Shown here in pieces: positions 12,901 through 23,498 of a stretch of 64,000 bases of DNA (its first letter is position 1; every line of letters begins with the position of its first letter). Origin of the DNA: Ruditapes philippinarum. Its lineage: Eukaryota. Both the position numbers and the translations under genes were made by a program. The notes below the pieces were generated by a model. That model was not told the DNA's origin, made no database searches, and worked only from the letters and a program-made list of their open reading frames with translations. Location of the stretch: positions 124,001 through 188,000 of the forward strand of contig NW_026865136.1 in assembly GCF_026571515.1 (NCBI RefSeq), in the 5' to 3' direction.

Positions 12901-15900
12901 TTATGTATTATATAGGTATGTTTTTAAACTAAAATAAATAAACATGTAAATATTTTTTTTATTTGGAACGATATGCACAATAAGTAGTAGCAATATTTAT
13001 ATGGTATTTATGATTTTACAGCTTTTGTTGTAATCGACACCATGATTGATCCCGTCTATTTTTCAGATAGTTGCAAATAAACGAAACGGTATAGACGTTG
13101 ACAAATGGGACTATCTTGCACGTGACAGTTACATGCTGGGAATGAAATTCAATGTCGATTACAACAGGTGTTTTACAAATGCAAGAGTTATCAAATGCAA
13201 CGGGATAAATGGCAGCCACGATACAAACGCAGCGCCCAATACCGGTAATGTTAAAATTGAAAGAAAACAAATATGCTATAGAGAAAAGGTGAGTAACCGT
13301 CATAAACGTATCTATGACACAAACATTTAAATTTGTTCCCAATGTTTGTACTTGTCATTAATTATTTTAATATCAAGATTTGAGATAAATGGTAAATACT
13401 ACTAAATAGTTGATAGTACGAGTAATCAAGATTTTTCCAATTACTGGGTACATGAATATGGCTAGATATAAACGGCTGTCAGCTTATATAACCTAAGCTT
13501 TTATTGAAAACAACCTTTCATACACGGCCATATAACCTGTCAGATGTTTAATAACGAATTTATATTTAATCACTTTCAAGAAAAATGAAATTTCATAAAT
13601 ATTCAACAGCCTACATTAAGTGCCAAGCTGAGGACCGTGTGTCAATTGTATGCGTTGAAATGATTTCTTCGTTAACAATTCAAAGCGATTGTATGGATTA
13701 GCATCACATTGTCATTAAAGATAAATTATAAACGATTGTATTTCACATTAAAAAAATTATATTCGTATCACGTATAAGTATAAATGGCTTGTAAAAGTGT
13801 TTCATATCTTTAAAGCTTGTTTATATTCGTTTCTATTTAGTAAACATTTTATTAGATTCCATGTACAATGACACCCGTGTTAGTTTTTGGAGCAGATGAA
13901 CCATTCCATTCTAGATTCTCTCGCAAACACCACTTATCGTTAAAGAAGCTCCACTGACCCAAAAAGCTTAAAACATACAATTTTAAAAGGAATTAAATTT
14001 AATATTGCTTTTTTGTCCGATTTCAAGCTCGGGTTGAGCTTTTCAGTCATTTTGCAAAAGAAAAATATTCTGGAAAAATGGGTTGAGGAAATAACCACAA
14101 GTCATTAGTCCAGACTCAAATCAAATCACAAGCTGATGACGTCATTTGACGTCATTTTTATATAAAAACGAAATATTAATAATTGAATTATCAAAGAATC
14201 ACTGAAAAAATCATATCTACGTTAACACAAGAACAATTAAAACTTTATTGGGCGGTATATAGTAATCAACTTTCTATTTGTTTCGGTACTTAACGCAAGC
14301 AAAGAAAATTTAATTGTTAAAAAAATAGCATGTTGAAAATTTTATAAACCTCGGCTTCTTTAGTGCCTTGGGTTATATTGATATTCTGCTTGCTACATTC
14401 CAAGGACAACTCAGCAGTCTATAAACTAATATTAGTATGTAAACAAAAATGATGTACTGTTATACATAATCAAATACTTAGAGATGTAGTATAAAACAGA
14501 GGGTATTACAAGGGCATGTCATGCACATATTTGATTATCCGTCATTTATTAGATTAAACTGTCTTTTTTTCTTCGTCTAATATGTTTCACAAATCAGAGC
14601 ACTAGATCTATAAAAACGAACAAGTCAAACAACTATTGAAAACTCTTAATAATAAAAATTTTATAGTAACATGATACATTTTGAATTTATTTCAACTTAC
14701 TTTCGACAGGCATTGTATAAAAGTAAAATTTGTAATATCATTATCATAGTATGACGTTTAATTTTCTTTTTTTGAGATTTTTCATTCCTGTAAAATGTTA
14801 ATATGTTAATTTTGTATAAATGTTATGTATTTGACAATTAAGGTAGCGCAGGACTTGTATGACATGTTTTACACAAGGATGACATTGCATAGACGGGCAT
14901 ATCAGCACAAAACTCACAAAATCATCGGAATAATGTATGTATTTGCTAGTAAAATGTTTATGTTCATATACTAATTTTTGGAATAAGAAAATTTAAATAT
15001 TTTTGATGTTCGTGTGTATGTTTGTGTGTGTGTGTGTTCGTGGGTGCGTCGGTGCGTGTGTGTGTGTTTTTTTTGTTGATGACTGTTTGTGTTTAAGGGC
15101 AATATTAAAAAAATCAAGTGATTTTTTTCGCTTATTTACTTAGATAATGAAGTCATGTTGCATTTAATAGATACCAAGATTTGTCTTTCTATCAATTTTT
15201 TTTATATTTTCGGCTTATCATTTATTCCATTCAAAGCCACTGGTTTAAATTACGCCAGTGACTTTGAAATTTCTAGAGTTAGCTTTCATATGTTTGGTGG
15301 TTATATCAAGGAGCTCGCCTTAACTTGAAAAACTAGTGTTGAACGATCTTTTTCGTTGTGGAAAAGGTTCATTGTTCGTCATGAAAAAGATCAACAATGA
15401 AACCAAGATTACGAGTTACGATTCCAGTTAATGAATTTGCATTTTGTGTGTGTGTGTGTGTGTGTGTGCGTGCGTGTGTGTGCGTGTTTGTTGTTGTTTT
15501 TATTTTTGCACGAGCCAATGTCATCTATGAATAGAAACAGTTAAAGCGTGACCGCAACATTTTCAATTTCTTCGTGTTGGTTTCATGACCTTTAGAGTCT
15601 CCTTTTTCGACTATTTTAGCACAAAAATCTATTGTTTGCTTTTAGGATTTGCGATGCATTAGAATTAGCAGATGCTCATTTTACAATAAATGGCAAGAGG
15701 TATGTAATCATTATAAATATGACATGGAGACTACCACGACTAAAAGATAGATTAATTCTATAAAATTATACCTTGGATAAAAAATTTAATCAGTTAATAA
15801 TGATTTGTTATCTATTTGACAAGAAGCATTTACATACAGCTTTACAAGGTAACGATCAACTTTTTTTATATCGTATCATTAAATGATCTTCTGGCCCCAT

Positions 15901-18900
15901 GTTCACTAAGATTTAAGGATCAGGATCAAGATAAAATTTTAAAACTCAAATATTCTTCATTGTTTATTCTCACAGATTATCACAAGTATCTGCTATAAAC
16001 TTGATAAAATTGAACTTGAAATAACATGTTTCAGAAATTTTAGAATAAATATCTTATTTTTTTAAAAGATATGGAAAATTTCAATTCATCCATAAATTGA
16101 TCTGGATCCTGAAATATATAATTAATTTGATCTAATTATACACAATGTTTTCATATTATTTGTCATTTCTTTCCGAATTAAGGTTGTTTATGTGCATATC
16201 AGCAATGTTTTATATCTCATTTATGTACCATATATTATTTTTTTTGCAAAAAAATGATCAATTGTAGTTTTATAAAGCAATGGAAAAATCCGAATCATTT
16301 AATCTTAGTGAACATGGGCCTAGGTTTAGTTGCCAGCTTATCCACGTAATTTATCGCAATTTGTAAAGCTTGTAACAGATCAATAGATGCCTTAACATTC
16401 ATCATACTGCATATTATAATAAAATACTTAAAGTTTCGTGGTACACATTAGATAAATCCCTGTATATAGACGACTATAGAGGAAAAAACAGTTATAAGTT
16501 GTTTAGGAAAATTATTCAAAAGTATCCATAACTGACTAAATTCTTTTCTAGAGAGTTCAGGATTGTAATGTGAATATGCTGATTAAAAAATAAACAATGA
16601 CATTGTAGATAACATATATACTTTAAAATTGTAATTTGATTTTTATCTTAGTAAGAATAAGAAATGATATTGTGAATTTGTGGTCTATAAAATCGTTTGA
16701 TTTTGTAAATAGAACTTGATGATGGAAAAAAACTTTTGAAACACAATATAGATGGTAAAATGCCGAGAATGATTTACAATATACATAACTAAGCTAAATA
16801 ATGTCTGTAAACACATAACAACATTATTTTACAAGTGCAACAGGTGTCCGTCCAGCCATTCATCTTTATAAATAACTCAATGATAGTACAATTTCTTGTC
16901 CTTCTTTTGTATTTGCAAGACAAGTATAAAACAGATTTCTTTCCAAGTTCTGAAAATTCAGATTAATAAATGTTTTGAGATAGTCCGTTGACATGAATCC
17001 GTGTTGAGTAATTCGTTACAACTCGTCTAGGTAGCATGGAAAGCATACACCCCAATATTTCATGTTTTTGATGGGATGTACAAGCACATGTCGTTTGTTT
17101 TACGGCGACATTGTCATTCAGTTGCTTACATTCCTGACATCTGTCACTTCGATATGGCGAATGCTACTATAAGGCGGCAATTCAGAGCAGCAGAGTTATG
17201 GAGGGCCCTAGTGTAGGTGCAGCAGGTTGTCAGGTTGATGTACACCATATCGCAATCACCGAAGCCTTGGAGAGATACCGGCTACATGGTAAACCCGCCA
17301 GGATACATGCTGGAGGTCAGCAATGGGTCACAACACCAGCTCAGGATCGGTTGTTGGTCGTTCAGGCACGCCGTGCTAGCTGTTCGACAGCAACTTATCT
17401 TCGAAATGACCTTGCTAATGCTGCGGGAGTCCGTGTTTGAACGCAAACGGTACGTAGAAGGCTGCTTGAAGGTAATTTTCGATCGGGAAGATATTGCATA
17501 AGTATCCCTTGACGAGTCAACATCGCAAGGCTCTTTCGAAATTGCCACGGAGCATAAACGATGTACATACCATGTAACATTATGTTTTCTGATGAGTCGA
17601 GATTCGGCTTAGACTTCAAAGATAGGCGTGCTAGATTCTGGAAAAGACGAGGTGAACGGTTTCAGGCTACACATATTGTTCTGCATGGCCGCTACGGGGA
17701 ATGGGTCAGTTACGGTGAGGGTAGGTATCAGCTGAAATGGACGAACCGACCAGGTTGTGCTTAATAGTGGCACATTGGCAGGTCAGCGATATATAGACGA
17801 CATCTTAGACAACCAAGTTAGGTTGTATGCTGTAGCAGTCGGCTATCAGTTCATTCTAATGGACGATAATGCTCGCCCCATAGACCCAGGGTGGTCCAGG
17901 ACTACCTAGAGAGGGATCTTTTGGTCGCATTGACTGGCTAGCTCGCTCGCCTGACTTAAATCCAATAGAACACATGTGAAATTAGCTTCAGGTTAGAATT
18001 TCAGCTCGTCAGCTGCAACCCAGAACCATCCAGGAGCGTGGAGCCAAGTTGGTCCATGAATGGGCAGGCATACCCCTTAGAACTATCAGAAACCAAATAG
18101 GGAGTATGCGAAGGCGCTTCCAATCTGTTATTGATAGTCACGGGTCACACACACGGTATTTAGTATAAAACTATTAAACAACAACAATAACAACAACAAC
18201 AATAAAAAAACAATAAAAAACAAACAATTTAACAAATTTGGAACACACGCTGCATGTTCTGAAGTCTTCAAAGAAGGATGTTATACTCTTCTCTAGCACA
18301 ACATCAGTAACACTCAAATATAGGGTAAAATTTGCCCTTCAGCTGTATTGATAAAACTGTAAATCAACATTTAAAACCTTTCGCACGGCGTTTAAAAATA
18401 ATCCCCAAAAATATTCACACTCGAACATATGGTCCTTAGCAAAAGTTGAGTAGTATAGTTTGGCTACTAGCTTTGCTTACACACTTTCATCCTTTTTTTG
18501 TGACTTCTTGTTTTTTTGTTTGTAAAATTTGCTGTTAATAACCGTGATAATTATGGACCTGGTTTGAAATTCGATATATTTGGCATTATGTGATATAACT
18601 AGAATGAACTTAACTGTTAATACATGTTGCTTTAAAGAAAAATATGAAAGCAGACATGTAATACAATTTATAAAAATAAACCTTTTAGAATTTCAGAAAC
18701 TGTTGACGATATGGAAGCCTACACATATTTGAATGATGACGTCATTCAATTGATTATAAATGATAAGGAGCCCAAACTTGAAGAAGCAAGAAAAATTTTA
18801 CGGGATATTATGTACAGACGGTTGTTAAAGTGTGTCACTCAAACACATTGTAAGGTAAGTTTGCTTTCCAATTGCCGTAGGTCAATACAGATCATTTGTG

Positions 18901-21900
18901 GATATATTGGCAAATACTACAATTTGCATATAAAGACGTATATTTTATTCTTTTAAAACAATGCCTGTAACAATGTATGTGTTGAGTAAAGGACGTAATG
19001 GTAAAAATTCAGAAGCAAATTTTCCCGTGGTGTTTATTACGGAAAGCCGTTGCGTTTTTATGTTTATTCCGAATCCTTATACATAACGTTCCGTAATTAT
19101 GTATTTTGAGGTTTTAATGTATGCTTTAAAACTATTTTAATGTTTTGTGTACATATCCCTACACCAACAGTCATTTCATTTGAAATTATTTGACATATCA
19201 GTACATGTAGTAGCATGTATTGTAATGTATGTAATTATGTGATGTAATGTAAAGCCATATAACATGACAATAGGCTAATTGTATGTAATTATGTAATGTA
19301 ATGTAAAGCCATAAACCATGACAATAGGCTTATTTGTTTAATAAGACAATAAGAAATATTTTAACATTTTAAGGACGAAAACTTGACAGAAATGGGTTTG
19401 AAAGAGGGTATATGGGAACATCTGAAAGGAACAGGAGTGGAAGAAAAGTCCCTCCATTATGACGTGAGTAAATTTCATGATACAAGGCAGAAGTTTAATC
19501 TGATCTTTAACTGTTTGCAAAAAAATATAACTTAATTAATTGAACGTGCATTCATTTATAGTATGTAAGTGTTGTGGCTTGATATCATTGAACTGCAGAA
19601 TTTGTTTAATGGATTTGCCAACCCTTGAGTTTGAAACAGTTCATTAAAGATTTAAGGAATTCCGGTGTCAAACTAAGAACAGTAAAGAACCTGGTCAGAT
19701 TGTACGATGGCCTTAAGAGTGGTGGCTAGGACTAGGTCTAGGCTCGTACCGTTTCAGCAGAGGAAGTGTTAATTATCATTTTTCAAAAGCGTATTTTGTA
19801 TTTATGATGTCTGTTGTAAGGCTGGGAAACCCTTGATTTTTTAAGAAAGAAACATCACAAATCTGGTCGTTAATGATATGCATAAATAAATTATTTCACA
19901 ATTAAATCACCGACAAAGATGCATGAATTGTTTGAAGAACAAATATGATTTCACTTTAAACAGACTATTGTACAGACTGGTACCGGTATATATCATTTAA
20001 GTACACACTCATTGTCCTTAATCTTATGGTATAGTTTTCCTAAAAGATAAAGTGTTCTTTTCTCAAAATATGTTCTATTTTCCCTAAATTTGTATGCAAC
20101 ATTTTTCCTAGATATGTTTAAAATGTAGGTAGGCAGCAGGCAGGCATGCATGCATGTATGTATGTATGACACGCTTCGTAGTATATTTGCAGTGTTTCCC
20201 CTAAATACATGTTTGTATGTTATATCTTTTTCCTATGTAATATGTGTGTATAGTTTGTCCTATATTATGTTTATAACATTCCCTTGATATGAAGCGTTTT
20301 TCTTAGATATGTATATAACAGTTAACCTCAATATGTAAGTTGGTCTTAGATATGTGTATTATAACATATTCCATTAAAATGTAGCATTTTTCTTAGATGT
20401 GTTCATAATATATTCCCTAGTTATGTAGCGTTTGTCCTATATATATTATATATAATATAACATTATCCCAACATATGTATGTAACACTTTCCATAGTATT
20501 AGAACAAATTTCCTTGTTATCCATCCTTTGTGGCTAAAGAGTTACCTTTAAGTGTTATGGTATGAGTATTGCAGCTGCCGTTTATCTCTGTGTGATCGTG
20601 AGAGACGGCTTATTGAGTTCGGATAAATAGAGTTTATGAATCTCGTAGTTCCAGCGGGTTATGTGATTTTGACCTCTGGTGTTGCTGTAAGTTTGTAAAA
20701 TCCGGAGGTAGCCAAAATAATCTTTCCTGTTTTGGCGCCATATGACCTAAATAGTGTTGGTTCGCCGTAAACAAAACCAAACAAACGTTTTTATTACATA
20801 TTGTGAAGTTTAATTATGGTATGGAGGATAAAAAACCTTAGAAAAAGTACGTTTTTATACAAAAGACCACTTTGATGAGCCAATAAGATTAGCTAAAAAC
20901 CAAGTAAGCGAATATTCTAAAATCCGTAACAGATTTACATTTAAAATTTATAGTTTCCCTCTGAACAATGTGATTATGAAATAAATAGTTTGCTTGTTTA
21001 CCGAATTAAGGTTAAATTTCTGTTTGGCTAATTTATGTCTACATACGAACACCTCGCCTTTACATGTGATAACTATGAATAAGGTCTGCATCTTGAATAC
21101 AAAAATATTCATATTCACCAATACGAATATGTTAGTATTGTAAATGAAAACAATAATGTCGTCTACTATATTAAACACAAGTATTAACATGATATATATA
21201 TAAATCAAATAAATAAAAAGACTTATGTTTGACCGCAATTATTAAAACACTATGCAGGTCTCCTACGTACTGCCGGACGTTTTTGAAGAGTGCATCATAC
21301 GCCTATACTGCAAGATTGAAGACCCAAGTCAAGAATCAATTGTCAGAAAGGTTACAACAGCATTTGGAGAATGGTGTCGTGAAAAGGGCTATCCTTTACC
21401 ACAGGTAGGCCTGCATAAAAATTCACGTATTGTTTTCATTTATTGGGAGACATGATAATTATAGTCCTCAAATTTGAAAAGCACGGTTTTGTGCCACTTA
21501 TTTCTTTTTTACTTTATTAGTAATCAAATTGTTTTGGGTTTTTCAAGTTAGGCAATACACATAAATTGCAAGATTTACACCAAACAATATTTGGGAGGTT
21601 TGCAATTTTTTACCTTTATGATGAGCCCCTTCATTACATTTTGAATGATTGTGTAGCCTTGATTATAGTAATTACTGTTGTATTTTCTCAAAATGGGCTG
21701 AACAGATTTTTAAAATAGACCGAGAACTCGGTTACTGAAGTCGGTACCCTGTTGCGTTTATTTTTTCCATTATACATGGAAAATCTGGAGCCCAGCCATA
21801 CTTTGTATTGTAAAAAAGGAAATAGGTATGAAAACTGTCCGTCAGTAAGACATTTTTCACAATCACCATTGTGAACAATTGTCGAACATTGGATTTATCA

Positions 21901-23498
21901 ACGTAAACGATGAGATTTCCGTTTTCACAAAAAAAACGAATTTCCTTTCAACAAAACAAACTTTTGCTTTCGGGAAAACAAATACTGATTGTTTCCCATA
22001 CCTTTTGATTACCATCATTCATTTGCATTGATTTCTTTATTAGCCTTTATTTCAAACCTAATATAATGTAACCAATAAACATTCAGCGTCAGCACCATGC
22101 ATTCTTCCAATACAAATCATTGTTAGATCAAAAATTTTCAATTTCACCTCTTATATTTTTCAGAATCCATATCAAATCCATATTGCACTCCGTTTGGTTT
22201 CGGTTAATTATTTCGGTTCAAAACTGCTATCTCAAATCCATATTATACACCAATTTTTCATTTAAAGAGTCCAAAAAGCTAAATGTAAGTAATATCGTAC
22301 TATAAATAATTTCACTAGCTACAAAGCTTATATTGGAGGCGCTATAAGTCTCACAGGTGTACTCTTTCAATAGAATTGTTTTTTTAAAATATACGTAAAA
22401 TGTAAATAATTAACTTTTTTTGCTGTATATATTTTTTGCGTTTTTCCTGTATATATTTCTGCGCTGGCTCTTTGAATAGATACAGCATTGATGGCATAGT
22501 AGGTTATGTCTTATTTGGAATATCTAGTCATGAAATAAATCATGTCGATAATAAGATTTAATAAATTTGCGTGTTTTATAATGTTGCATTTTATTATGTA
22601 AAAATTTTAAAAAATCTGTTATTCTTTATAATTTTGTTTAAAATCTTGGTCATAATGTATCCTACAGTAAGATAGGTTGGATTGAAGAGAATGATTTCAA
22701 CCTAATTATTAAAAAGCGAGAAGTGTGCAGAAACAAAAATAATAAACAAGTTATTACATGCAGGAATTGTCAATCAGCCAAACGGAGATGAAACAATTGA
22801 CTGAAGTAATTGAAGATGCATCATATGACTCAAGAACACACATGCACGTGTCAAGCAGTCAGACGGCAGTAAAACAAATAGCTGAATCAAATGAAGAAGC
22901 ATCAGATGATTCAAAAGAAACACAAAGACAAGTATCAAGTAGTCAAACGGCGGTAAAACAATTAGCTAAATCATCAAATAGAGAATTATTAGATGATATA
23001 AGAGAAACACATATGCACGTGTCAAGCAGTCAGACGGCAGTAAAACAATTTGCTAAATCAAATGGAGAAGCATCAGATGATTCAAGAGAAACACAATCAC
23101 AAGTGTCAAGCAGTCAAACGGTTGCGGTGAAACAATTTGCTGAATCAATTGGAGAAGCATTAGATGATTCAAGAGAAACACACATGCACGTGTCAAGCAG
23201 TCAGACGGAAGTAAAACAATTTGCTGAATCAATTGGAGAAGCATCAGATGATTCAAGACAAACACTCAGACAAGAGTCAAGCAGTCAGCCGACTGTGGAA
23301 CAGTTAGTTGAATCAAATGGAGAATCATCAGAAGATTCAAGAGAAACACTCAGACAAGATGGTACTTGTGAAGATCAAACAACAGAACCATTCCCGGAAC
23401 CTGCTCAGTTTGTAACTTCTGGAGAGCCATCTTCATCTCTTTTTTTGTTTTCTTTCTTTGTGTGTTTTTGTGTGTTTTTGTTTTTTCTTTTTATCTAG
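6807..23498 (+). CDS. SAMHD1: SAMHD1-like dNTP triphosphohydrolase, paralog A (multi-exon; 5' exon(s) not identified; possibly degenerate)
   Basis: Spliced exons 6807-6967, 7299-7414, 8254-8318, 8608-8781, 9913-9960, 13067-13288, 14843-14934, 15646-15699, 18689-18854, 19374-19463, (20800-20903 damaged), 21258-21404, 22764-23498. Phases are compatible. Motifs [48 protein letters not shown]. Confidence 0.93.
7299..7414 (+). CDS. SAMHD1: SAMHD1-like A exon with HD motif (VCYLAG...IAGLCHDLG)
   Basis: cag|C GTA...TTA G|gtatgg, 116 nt. Confidence 0.95.
8000..8152 (+). mobile_element. SINE 3' fragment (same core as 35450-35745)
   Basis: gaagctatccagctagcttacggaa...gtggttcta...cgccatatgacc...(AAAC)n. 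Confidence 0.75.
8254..8318 (+). CDS. SAMHD1: SAMHD1-like A exon (G)[21 protein letters not shown]
   Basis: tag|GC CAA GGA CCA...ACG|gtaagt; aligns to GHGPFSHMFD. Confidence 0.93.
8608..8781 (+). CDS. SAMHD1: SAMHD1-like A exon [13 protein letters not shown]...[16 protein letters not shown]
   Basis: cag|CAT GAA...GTG|gtaaga, 174 nt; H233 equivalent. Confidence 0.92.
9913..9960 (+). CDS. SAMHD1: SAMHD1-like A exon [16 protein letters not shown]
   Basis: cag|GAA...GAG|gtaagg, 48 nt. Confidence 0.93.
11092..12826 (-). mobile_element. Degenerate mariner element, interrupted by a TTAA element
   Basis: TA|CGACGGGTGTTCAAATATG ... CATATTTGAACAACCCTCG|TA; collinear with 40285-41507. Confidence 0.88.
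11399..12019. mobile_element. piggyBac-like non-autonomous element (TTAA TSD) nested in the mariner
   Basis: TTAA|CCTTTTCCC ... GGGGAAAGGG|TTAA; empty site visible in the sister mariner at about 40686. Confidence 0.85.
13067..13288 (+). CDS. SAMHD1: SAMHD1-like A exon [20 protein letters not shown]...QICYREK
   Basis: cag|ATA...AAG|gtgagt, 222 nt; D311 metal ligand. Confidence 0.95.
14843..14934 (+). CDS. SAMHD1: SAMHD1-like A exon [30 protein letters not shown](M)
   Basis: aag|GTA...AT|gtatgt, 92 nt. Confidence 0.94.
15020..15066. repeat. (GT)n microsatellite, imperfect
   Basis: Direct inspection. Confidence 0.85.
15445..15487. repeat. (GT)n/(GCGT) microsatellite
   Basis: Direct inspection. 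Confidence 0.9.
15646..15699 (+). CDS. SAMHD1: SAMHD1-like A exon [17 protein letters not shown](R)
   Basis: tag|G ATT...AG|gtatgt, 54 nt; same size as B exon 53532-53585. Confidence 0.9.
15891..16323. mobile_element. MITE (PIF/Harbinger-like ends)
   Basis: TIRs ggccccatgttcactaagatt / aatcttagtgaacatgggcc. Confidence 0.75.
17150..18457 (+). mobile_element. Degenerate Tc1-family transposon (frameshifted DD34E transposase) in an intron of A
   Basis: [44 protein letters not shown] motifs across frames; right end probably near 18457; left TIR not located. Confidence 0.88.
18689..18854 (+). CDS. SAMHD1: SAMHD1-like A exon [16 protein letters not shown]...[15 protein letters not shown]
   Basis: tag|A ATT...AAG|gtaagt; DDMEAYT motif, R451/K455 equivalents. 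Confidence 0.93.
19374..19463 (+). CDS. SAMHD1: SAMHD1-like A exon [30 protein letters not shown]
   Basis: aag|GAC...GAC|gtgagt, 90 nt; same size as, and similar to, B exon 55377-55466. Confidence 0.85.
20620..20786 (+). mobile_element. Degenerate SINE 3' end abutting the damaged exon
   Basis: cgccatatgacc..agtgttgg..cgtaaacaaaaccaaacaaac matches the SINE tail at 8095-8152. Confidence 0.6.
20800..20903 (+). pseudogene. SAMHD1: Damaged SAMHD1-like A exon ([34 protein letters not shown])
   Basis: Homologous to B exon 56024-56128, but the acceptor reads CAT rather than CAG and it is 104 vs 105 nt (frameshift giving CCT TAG); donor gtaagc intact. Confidence 0.88.
21258..21404 (+). CDS. SAMHD1: SAMHD1-like A exon [19 protein letters not shown]...[14 protein letters not shown]
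   Basis: cag|GTC...CAG|gtaggc, 147 nt. Confidence 0.93.
22764..23360 (+). repeat. Coding minisatellite, 84/87-nt units
   Basis: Recurring gtcaagcagtcagacggcagtaaaacaa...gcatcagatgattcaagagaaacac; all indels are in frame. Confidence 0.92.
22764..23498 (+). CDS. Probable terminal exon of paralog A: ~7 tandem 27-29 aa S/Q/E/D-rich repeats plus hydrophobic tail
   Basis: cag|GAA in phase 0, open 735 nt; the late EPFPEPA matches KPLPEPA in the B terminal exon. Confidence 0.75.
   Translation, partial: ELSISQTEMKQLTEVIEDASYDSRTHMHVSSSQTAVKQIAESNEEASDDSKETQRQVSSSQTAVKQLAKSSNRELLDDIRETHMHVSSSQTAVKQFAKSNGEASDDSRETQSQVSSSQTVAVKQFAESIGEALDDSRETHMHVSSSQTEVKQFAESIGEASDDSRQTLRQESSSQPTVEQLVESNGESSEDSRETLRQDGTCEDQTTEPFPEPAQFVTSGEPSSSLFLFSFFVCFCVFLFFLFI

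Noticed and set aside
13440-14420. Possible Crypton-like non-autonomous repeats (also about 24940-25480 and 38380-38660)
   Set aside because: Composition is suggestive, but I could not define termini or a target site
22764-23360. Regular repeats resembling a CRISPR array
   Set aside because: Whole units are similar (no unique spacers), lengths are codon multiples, the context is eukaryotic and there are no cas genes
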